Assembly: GCA_041738615.1 (NCBI GenBank)
Contig: JBGSPL010000003.1
Location: 24,708 to 88,707, forward strand
Direction of reading: 5' to 3'
DNA from: Patescibacteria group bacterium
GTDB taxonomy: Bacteria > Patescibacteriota > CPR2 > UBA1875 > CAIMLA01
DNA length: 64,000 nt
The number at the start of each line of letters is the position of its first letter. The first letter of the stretch is position 1. The translations under genes were made by a program, and so were the position numbers. The notes below the pieces were generated by a model. It ran no database searches, was not told where the DNA came from, and worked only from the letters and a program-made list of their open reading frames with translations. Shown here one piece after another: positions 57,950 through 64,000 of the stretch.

Positions 57950-57990
57950 GGACCCCTACGCCACACGGCGGAGGGGTCCAGTTTCGTTTT
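57950..57990 (+). terminator. Terminator hairpin GGACCCCT-(14 nt)-AGGGGTCC followed by T-rich tract
   Basis: 8-bp GC-rich inverted repeat at 57950-57979, then AGTTTCGTTTT. Confidence 0.55.
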
Positions 57991-58024
57991 ATACTATAAA
58001 AAAATAACCCGCAAAGGTTATATA

Positions 58025-58101
58025 TGGTCGGGGTGAAAGGACTCGAACCTTCGACCTCGCGGTCCCAAACCGCGCGCACTAGCCAACTGTGCTACACCCC
58101 G
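58025..58101 (-). tRNA. tRNA-Pro (anticodon UGG)
   Basis: Reverse complement gives CGGGGTGTAGCACAGTTGGCTAGTGCGCGCGGTTTGGGACCGCGAGGTCGAAGGTTCGAGTCCTTTCACCCCGACCA. Loop TTTGGGA. Confidence 0.85.
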
Positions 58102-58159
58102 TCGTATGAAATTAACCTCGATATTATAGTCTTTTTTTGTGCTTATTTCAAGGGAAACA

Positions 58160-59656
58160 CTAATTCCGTCTCAAGACTGCAAAGGTCTCAAAGCTTTTTT
58201 CATCGTGATAGTGTGTATCAAAATACTCCACCATTGGCTTGTTCTTGTAGTAGAGCGACTCCCTATCTTTGTAGACTACTACATATTTCGCCCTCGACTG
58301 CTCCATATCGGCAATAAACTTACCATCTAGGTTAAAGCCATAACCGTCACGATAGTCGAGAAGCAGAACACTCGCTGAGATAAAGCGTGAACCACTGTCT
58401 CTGTGTGACAGCTGATAGAACGTAGCACCATAGTCTGCTGCAAATACTTTGTCTGTCGACGCTGAATGGTCATCTACATATTTGGCGATTTGCAGATATT
58501 CCCTTGCCTCCGCATTGGTTCTGCCTACGAAACCTCTGTAAGTCTCGAGGGTCGAATAACTCAGGTTCACCGCAGCCCCAAAAACAAAGAGCAAGATAAA
58601 GAGTAGACCATAGGGTTTCAGCCAACGAGTTGCGCTGATCAGCAAGTATGCGGCCGCGATAACATAGGCCGGCATTAGAATCTGGAAGTAGTAGAGATAT
58701 GGAACTCCTACAGCAAAGAAAGCGACTGACCCAAATACGAAAGTTAGAGCAAGGTAAATGTAATCATGATTTCCCCGTTTTTTCCATGCCTTTGAGATGA
58801 AGAGCAGTGGTACAACTATGATTAGCGGCGCCGCAAAAGCCACTAGGATGTAGAAAATACTCAGGTTGCTCAGGTCTCCCTTCCAGGCGCTTGTCGAATA
58901 CTTCGCACTGAAGGTAAATGAGGCAAAAATAAACTCATTCAAAGTTCCCTTGGCAGTGAAATATGCAACCCAGGCACCAGCTGCGACGATGAGCGGTAGT
59001 CCAAAGACAAGCGCGTAACCAACAAACTTTTGAAGTTCACGCAAATAATCGACGAGCAACATGATTCCAACAGGGGTGGCAAGGAGCAAGAAATTGCCCT
59101 TCATGAAGAAGAGAACCGCAAAACAACACCCTGAGAGAGCCAGCTTCCACCACTTACGGTCCTCGCGAAAAGAAAAATAGCTGAGTAACATACCCAGATA
59201 AAACACGAGCCCAAAGTTCTCGTTGTTATTTCCACTACTCGTGAACTGAGACAGGTTTCGCCAGAACACGTATATCAGAAGTGAAAGCTTAGCAAATATC
59301 TCGGATTTTTGCGGCATCAGCTTTGGTGCTAATTTCCTTGCCAACAACCAAAAGAGATAGATATCGAAAAGCGCAAAAGCTGTGAGTAGCACTCGATGGA
59401 CTGCAATGTTACCGCCCAGAAATGACATTAGCCCGTTCAGAAGGAAAATCACCGGTGGTTTATGATCCCATGCCGTTACATAGAGAGACCCGCCATGGAG
59501 CCAGTTCTTGCCGACGTAAAAGAAGATCCAGTGGTCACTATCGAAAGGATAGAGCCAGGTTCCCATGCGACAAACTACAAAAGTAAAGACGATTAGCGAC
59601 CAGTAAGAGACCGGCTTCCGCCATTGCTTCATTGTGAATTGCTTGATGCCTTCCAT
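58160..59656 (-). CDS. GT-C fold membrane glycosyltransferase (PMT_2/ArnT-like family)
   Basis: 498 aa, about 11 TM helices. First extracytoplasmic loop WDHKPPVIF resembles the DEKPP-type motif of ArnT/PMT-family glycosyltransferases. Confidence 0.55.
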   Translation of the reverse strand: MEGIKQFTMKQWRKPVSYWSLIVFTFVVCRMGTWLYPFDSDHWIFFYVGKNWLHGGSLYVTAWDHKPPVIFLLNGLMSFLGGNIAVHRVLLTAFALFDIYLFWLLARKLAPKLMPQKSEIFAKLSLLIYVFWRNLSQFTSSGNNNENFGLVFYLGMLLSYFSFREDRKWWKLALSGCCFAVLFFMKGNFLLLATPVGIMLLVDYLRELQKFVGYALVFGLPLIVAAGAWVAYFTAKGTLNEFIFASFTFSAKYSTSAWKGDLSNLSIFYILVAFAAPLIIVVPLLFISKAWKKRGNHDYIYLALTFVFGSVAFFAVGVPYLYYFQILMPAYVIAAAYLLISATRWLKPYGLLFILLFVFGAAVNLSYSTLETYRGFVGRTNAEAREYLQIAKYVDDHSASTDKVFAADYGATFYQLSHRDSGSRFISASVLLLDYRDGYGFNLDGKFIADMEQSRAKYVVVYKDRESLYYKNKPMVEYFDTHYHDEKSFETFAVLRRN

Positions 59657-59761
59657 TACCCTGCCTTCCGTCTCATCTATGCTAGCTGGGCCAAAAATAT
59701 AATCTGCTCTGTGCCCGTCAATATTATTATAACAAAAAGAATGACTGCAAGCTGGTTTATA

Positions 59762-59790
59762 TTGAAAGAAAGGTCATTTTCTGCTAGAAT
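59762..59790 (+). promoter_or_regulatory. Sigma70-like promoter TTGAAA-N17-TAGAAT upstream of the tRNA-Arg/Gly/His cluster
   Basis: -35 at 59762-59767, -10 at 59785-59790, 19 nt upstream of tRNA-Arg. Confidence 0.5.
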
Positions 59791-59809
59791 AACTAGGCAT
59801 TTTGGTCGC

Positions 59810-59887
59810 GCGCCCGTAGCTCAGTTGGATTAGAGCGTGTGGTTTCGGCCCACAAGGCCGGGGGTTCGAGCCCCTCCGGGCGCACCA
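59810..59887 (+). tRNA. tRNA-Arg (anticodon UCG)
   Basis: Acceptor GCGCCCG/CGGGCGC, anticodon stem TGTGG/CCACA, loop TTTCGGC, T-loop TTCGAGC, CCA encoded. Confidence 0.8.
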
Positions 59888-59900
59888 ATTAGCATAATGA

Positions 59901-59976
59901 GCGGGTATCGTATAATGGTTTATTATGCGACCCTTCCAAGGTCGAGATAAGGGTTCGATTCCCTTTACCCGCTCCA
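59901..59976 (+). tRNA. tRNA-Gly (anticodon UCC)
   Basis: Acceptor GCGGGTA/TACCCGC, anticodon stem CGACC/GGTCG, loop CTTCCAA, T-loop GGGTTCGATTCCC, discriminator T, CCA. Confidence 0.8.
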
Positions 59977-60179
59977 CGTCAGAATAAACTGACAGCATTC
60001 GTAAATTAGTAAGTCTAACTTACTTCTGCTTCTCGTTATTCTTCCTTTCCGAACAAAATCACAATTTTGTTCGGTGGCTCGACAAAAACCGTAGGATTTT
60101 GTCGAAAGAGGAGGAATCGCGAAAGGACGAAGACGTTGCCTCTACGTAACGTCATAATCCGCTAGCGTTTTCCGACGTG

Positions 60180-60256
60180 GTGACTGTAGCTCAGCTGGTA
60201 GAGCTCCGGTTTGTGGTACCGGCGGTCGCGGGTTCGAGCCCCGTCAGTCACCCCAT
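60180..60256 (+). tRNA. tRNA-His (anticodon GUG) with encoded G-1
   Basis: G-1 + GTGACTG acceptor, loop TTGTGGT, discriminator C, CCA. Confidence 0.85.
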
Positions 60257-60411
60257 ATAAAAATATCTCACCCCTGGGGTGAGTTGTTTTTATATTAGCG
60301 ACCGATGTGTTAAGAATCCAAAGAAGCCATGAAGTTAAGGCCTCGATTACGTTAAATACTCCAACCCGACTTGTATGTCCTAACGCGAACTAATTAGATG
60401 GCTGTAACAGC

Positions 60412-60435
60412 TTCGAGCCCCGTCAGTCACCCCAT
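60412..60435 (+). repeat. Exact 24-nt direct repeat of the tRNA-His 3' end (TTCGAGCCCCGTCAGTCACCCCAT), att-like
   Basis: Identical to 60233-60256 plus one further base. Lies 155 nt downstream of tRNA-His. Confidence 0.8.
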
Positions 60436-60447
60436 TAATTATTAAAA

Positions 60448-60470
60448 AAAGAGGCCCCGGAGGCCTCTTT
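60448..60470. terminator. Bidirectional terminator AAAGAGGCC-ccgg-AGGCCTCTTT
   Basis: 9-bp perfect stem flanked by an A-run and a T-run. Overlaps the stop of the 60470..61057 gene. Confidence 0.75.
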
Positions 60471-61057
60471 CAGTTCTTTGTGGCAACAAAGTCATTTATA
60501 CTTTTAAGAGTATTTATTGCCCTCTGAATTCCCTTTGGATCAATTGTTTTAATCAGCTCGTAAACGTCATCAGACAAAAAGAACTTAATACGCTTCTTTT
60601 GAAGTTCTGGGGAATCATTCTCATTGTAGAGATCTATTTGCCCTGCTGATTGATCAAGCTCATAAACATATTTGAGCATTTCGTCAATTGCTACCGAGTT
60701 CGCTGAAATGACTCGAAGCAGTTCTATGCTTGATGAATCCATATTGCCAGCTATTTGATTCAGGGTCACTACTATCAGATTCAACCACTCAAAAGCGAGT
60801 TTGCGTTTACTATCATCTCGCAGATACTCTAGTAACCCCTCTTTAGTAAACAATTCTTTTGCCGCTTGGAGCTTCTCTATAAGAATTGCTTCGTCACTAG
60901 CAGATGCCTCAACAGAAGCCTGCAGCTCTATCTTCTCGGCTTCAGTAAACTTCGGCTCCATAGAGTTTGTTTCTGATTGGCCTAGTCGGTGACTGTACGA
61001 ATAATCTATATTGAAAGGAGAAAATTCATCGTTTTCTTTCATAACACGAGTATACAT
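60470..61057 (-). CDS. Hypothetical acidic protein (195 aa), AT-rich gene next to tRNA-His att-like repeat
   Basis: About 37% GC against a ~46% background. No motif recognised. Flanked by strong terminators on both sides. Confidence 0.45.
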   Translation of the reverse strand: MYTRVMKENDEFSPFNIDYSYSHRLGQSETNSMEPKFTEAEKIELQASVEASASDEAILIEKLQAAKELFTKEGLLEYLRDDSKRKLAFEWLNLIVVTLNQIAGNMDSSSIELLRVISANSVAIDEMLKYVYELDQSAGQIDLYNENDSPELQKKRIKFFLSDDVYELIKTIDPKGIQRAINTLKSINDFVATKN

Positions 61058-61072
61058 AACTTTGTAATTAAA

Positions 61073-61096
61073 AAGAACCCCGGAAGGGGTTCTTTA
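61073..61096 (-). terminator. Terminator AAAAAGAACCCC-ggaa-GGGGTTCTTTAAA downstream of hup
   Basis: 8-bp stem, loop GGAA, flanking A/T tracts. Confidence 0.75.
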
Positions 61097-61102
61097 AAGC
61101 TT

Positions 61103-61375
61103 TTATCGTACTGTCTCTTTGAGGTTCTTACCTGCTCGGAAGCGAGGCATCTTCATCTCAGGGATGCGGATAATCTCTCCGCTCTGAGGATCTCTACCAC
61201 GACGCGCTGCGCGCTTACCAAGGTCAAAGGTGCCGAAACCAGTAATGGCTACCTTCTCGCCCTTTTTCACGGTACGGGTGACCACCTCCGTCAGCTTATC
61301 GAGGAAGGCGTCTACCTCCTTCTTTGTATATGAAGACTCCTTTGAAAGTACATCGATTAGTTCCCTTTTAGTCAT
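61103..61375 (-). CDS. hup: DNA-binding protein HU
   Basis: MTKRELIDVLS...GFGTFDLGKRAARRGRDPQSGE...PRFRAGK HU/IHF signature. 90 aa. Confidence 0.92.
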   Translation of the reverse strand: MTKRELIDVLSKESSYTKKEVDAFLDKLTEVVTRTVKKGEKVAITGFGTFDLGKRAARRGRDPQSGEIIRIPEMKMPRFRAGKNLKETVR

Positions 61376-61490
61376 TTCTCTCCTTCCAGTCCGATTGGAC
61401 TTGTTAATAACCTTACCTATATATTATACATCAGATGTAAAGTTTTCTCGAATACAAAGGTAATATCGGAATCTGAGAAATGAATGAGAA

Positions 61491-62273
61491 CTAGAGTTCT
61501 ACGACCCTATCGACTCTGACAATAGACTTCGCTTTGCCGTCATGCCCAAGATCGATAAGAACTGCATTAATCTGTATCGGACCATCTGCAAGCTCAAACT
61601 TCTGCGGCATGCTAGTGATAAAGGTGTTAAATATGATGTCATCGCGTACTCCAAGTACAGATTCTCGGGGACCAGTAAAGCCAACGTCAGAGACTACAGC
61701 GGTACCTCCTGCCAAAACTCGTTGGTCAGCGGTTGGTACGTGAGTATGAGTGCCGACAACCACAGATGCCTTGCCGTCTAAGTAGCGTCCGAGGGCAACC
61801 TTTTCGCTGCTCATCTCGGCGTGAAAATCGACAAATACGTACTTGCACTCGGGGTGTGCGGCGATAATTTCATCCGCCGTTGTAAACGGCGACTTCACTA
61901 CTGCCTTGATTTCGTGCTGACCAAGAAGATTGACGATGAGTAGTTTGCCATAGCTGGTCTCTACGACCTTGAATCCTTCACCGGGTGTACCCTCGAGGTA
62001 ATTTGCAGGACGGATTAGCGGCAAGCCCAAAGAGTCTATCTTACTAGCGAAATCCTTCTGCCTCCAAATGTGGTTACCAGTGGTAAAAAAGTCGATACCA
62101 GCGGACATCATCTCACGAACTACCTTTTCATCCACTCCAACGCGATCAGAGAGATGCTCTCCATTCGCGATAGTGAAGTCGATGCCAAACTCTTGGCGCA
62201 GGCTAGGTAGCATCTGTTTTACGGCCTCACGGCCATTCTTACTGACGATGTCAGATATAAATAGAATTTTCAT
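61491..62273 (-). CDS. ymdB: YmdB-family metallophosphoesterase (2',3'-cyclic-nucleotide phosphodiesterase)
   Basis: MKILFISDIVSKNGR...ANGEH calcineurin-like motifs. Sits immediately downstream of rny, as in the conserved rny-ymdB operon. 260 aa. Confidence 0.85.
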   Translation of the reverse strand: MKILFISDIVSKNGREAVKQMLPSLRQEFGIDFTIANGEHLSDRVGVDEKVVREMMSAGIDFFTTGNHIWRQKDFASKIDSLGLPLIRPANYLEGTPGEGFKVVETSYGKLLIVNLLGQHEIKAVVKSPFTTADEIIAAHPECKYVFVDFHAEMSSEKVALGRYLDGKASVVVGTHTHVPTADQRVLAGGTAVVSDVGFTGPRESVLGVRDDIIFNTFITSMPQKFELADGPIQINAVLIDLGHDGKAKSIVRVDRVVEL

Positions 62274-62274
62274 G

Positions 62275-63801
62275 TTACTTTGCGTACTCTATTGCTCGGG
62301 TTTCACGAATTACGTTTACCTTTATCTGTCCTGGATACTTAAGATCCGCCTCGATCTTGGTGGCAACATCCTTTGCAAGCTTGAGGGCCGTGAGGTCGTC
62401 AATCTTCTCAGGTGTCACAAAGACTCGAACTTCACGCCCAGCCTGGATAGCGTATACCTTCTCGACACCTTCGAAGCCCTTGGCAATGTTCTCGAGCTCT
62501 GTAAGACGCTTGATGTAGTTGTCGAGAGAGTCACGACGAACGCCAGGGCGGCCTGCTGATATCGCATCCGAAACTTGGATGATGACAGCCTCGACTGTAT
62601 GGAAAGGTACTTCCTCGTGATGAGCTTCTACGGCGTGTATAATCTCGTCACTCATGCCGAATTTCTTACAAATATCGCGCGAGATGCTAGCATGAGAACC
62701 CTCGATATCCTGGTCCACTGCCTTACCAATGTCGTGCAAAAGCCCGGCTTTCTTGGCGATGGCAACGTCAGCGCCCAGCTCGGAAGCGAGAGCACTAGCA
62801 AGTAGCGCTGTCTCGATAGAGTGTTGTAATACATTCTGGGAAAACGAAGTTCGGAACTTTAGGCGACCAAGTAGCTTGATCATCTCAGCAGGAAGCCCAG
62901 CGACGCCAGCCTCATAAACGGCTTTCTCTCCGGCCTCCTTGATTTGCTTGTCAATCTCTTCCTGCGCCTTCAGTACTGCTTCCTCAATCTTGGTAGGATG
63001 AATGCGTCCGTCCTTGATCAGTTTCTCAAGTGCCACCTTGGCAACGTTACGGCGTACTGGGTCGAAACCAGATATTACGATCATACCTGGTGTGTCGTCG
63101 ACAATGATGTCACAGCCTGTAGCACGTTCGATAGCCTGAATGTTGCGACCTTCACGACCAATGATACGACCCTTGATTTCGTCGTTTGGAAGAGCAACGG
63201 CTGTCACTGTGCTCTCTGCAGTTTGCTCACCAGCGACACGCTGAATAGCTGTCACTAGAATCTCACGTGCCTTTGTATCGGCTTCTTCCTTGGTCTCACG
63301 CTCAATCTTACTGATAAAGCTGACGATATCCTTGCGGTACTCTTTCTCGACCATCTGCATCAGTTTCTCTTTGGCGTCCTCTTTGTTTAGCTTGGCGATC
63401 TTCTCAAGTGCCTCTTGCTGGCGAACCCGAAGATCACGCAGGTCGGTCTTCACTGACTCGATGTCTGCCTTTGCTTTATCGATATCGTCGCGTTTTTTGT
63501 CGATCTCATCACTCTTTTTGTCGAGTGTTTCCTCACGCTGCACTACACGCCGTTCCTGGGCGGTGAGCTGATCTCGGCGCTCGCGCTCCTCTTTCTTGGC
63601 GGTATCGGCAATCTTTAGTGCCTCATCCTTGGCATCGAGGATGATCTCCTTGGCTTTAGTTTCTGCCTCTGCAATCTTTTTCTCTGCCTTACCTTCTGCG
63701 TTTTGGACCCCCTTGGCCATCTGAGTCTTGCGATATGTATAACCGCCGAAACCACCAACGCCAAGAGCTACTACAGCAAATACGATGCTTAGTAATTCCA
63801 T
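62275..63801 (-). CDS. rny: Ribonuclease Y
   Basis: N-terminal TM, long coiled coil (KE-rich), KH domain GRIIGREGRNIQAIERATG, HD domain LLHDIGK. 508 aa. Confidence 0.93.
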   Translation of the reverse strand: MELLSIVFAVVALGVGGFGGYTYRKTQMAKGVQNAEGKAEKKIAEAETKAKEIILDAKDEALKIADTAKKEERERRDQLTAQERRVVQREETLDKKSDEIDKKRDDIDKAKADIESVKTDLRDLRVRQQEALEKIAKLNKEDAKEKLMQMVEKEYRKDIVSFISKIERETKEEADTKAREILVTAIQRVAGEQTAESTVTAVALPNDEIKGRIIGREGRNIQAIERATGCDIIVDDTPGMIVISGFDPVRRNVAKVALEKLIKDGRIHPTKIEEAVLKAQEEIDKQIKEAGEKAVYEAGVAGLPAEMIKLLGRLKFRTSFSQNVLQHSIETALLASALASELGADVAIAKKAGLLHDIGKAVDQDIEGSHASISRDICKKFGMSDEIIHAVEAHHEEVPFHTVEAVIIQVSDAISAGRPGVRRDSLDNYIKRLTELENIAKGFEGVEKVYAIQAGREVRVFVTPEKIDDLTALKLAKDVATKIEADLKYPGQIKVNVIRETRAIEYAK

Positions 63802-64000
63802 ACTTTCTCCTTCCTTCCCTGAATATCAGGTGCTTTTCATAAAAGCTGACATGCTAGCCGTCTTCTAGAAGATTCCGCAAACTATGCGGGTTCTCTATTT
63901 GATTGAGTACATCTTTTCTAAGATATTTTATGTGTAAAGTGAAAATTTGTAATTTAAGGCCAGGAATGTCAACTAGTTTGTTTACTAATTTACTTCGCAA

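Noticed and set aside
57424-58079. Several minus-strand ORFs (57242..57427, 57424..57630, 57470..57655, 57662..57946, 57840..58079) and the plus-strand ORF 57576..57839 over the second high-GC island and tRNA-Pro
   Set aside because: These are shadow ORFs created by high GC. 57840..58079 also overlaps the tRNA-Pro gene.
59774-59998. 74-aa minus-strand ORF across tRNA-Arg and tRNA-Gly; similarly 58024..58317 (+) and 51277..51474 (-) across tRNAs
   Set aside because: They overlap confidently folded tRNA genes and are spurious.
1-64000. CRISPR arrays, IS elements/transposases, integrases, rRNA genes
   Set aside because: No regularly spaced short direct repeats, no transposase or integrase-like ORFs, and no rRNA-like sequence were seen in this window.

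Overview
This is a gene-dense (~90% coding), mostly minus-strand bacterial chromosomal window of about 45-48% GC. Gene content looks monoderm / Patescibacteria-like: rny-ymdB, HU, an RpfB-like protein, PFOR plus ADP-forming acetyl-CoA synthetase, a SemiSWEET and many small membrane proteins. Supported content, in order:

- A copper and Fe-S cluster neighbourhood: copA, an HMA-permease-cupredoxin protein, nifU, nifS and a YefM-like leader gene.
- Housekeeping genes: metG, rsmI, rsmA, acyP, pcrA and tatD.
- An RpfB-like DUF348-G5-transglycosylase protein.
- A four-subunit 2-oxoacid:ferredoxin oxidoreductase, an ADP-forming acetyl-CoA synthetase and a SemiSWEET.
- A large glycolysis cluster: pfkB kinase, gpmI, eno, ppsA, fba, tpiA, pgk and gap.
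- Eight tRNAs: Glu, Lys, Arg-UCU, Pro, Arg-UCG, Gly, His.
- Two ABC exporter loci, an AbrB-type regulator, a THUMP methyltransferase, a GT-C glycosyltransferase, hup, ymdB and rny.

The most unusual signals are these:

1. A co-directional cluster of polysaccharide deacetylase, long-chain acyl-CoA ligase and an alpha-oxoamine synthase. The synthase is translationally coupled to a multi-TM sensor histidine kinase. There is a nearby stand-alone receiver-domain regulator and an ABC exporter. I read this as a candidate CqsA/CqsS-like (alpha-hydroxyketone) signalling module or an aminolipid module.
2. Two single-gene islands of about 60% GC (49.36-50.06 kb and 57.13-57.99 kb) sit in a ~46% GC background. 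One abuts tRNA-Pro and is driven by a consensus AT-rich promoter. Both share a left-boundary motif.
3. tRNA-Glu and tRNA-His are each followed, about 160-180 bp downstream, by an exact 21-24 nt direct repeat of their own 3' end including CCA (att-like scars).
4. A conserved ~55-nt hairpin motif is shared by two tRNA loci.
5. A Phd/YefM-like leader gene sits behind a perfect 11-bp palindrome upstream of nifS.
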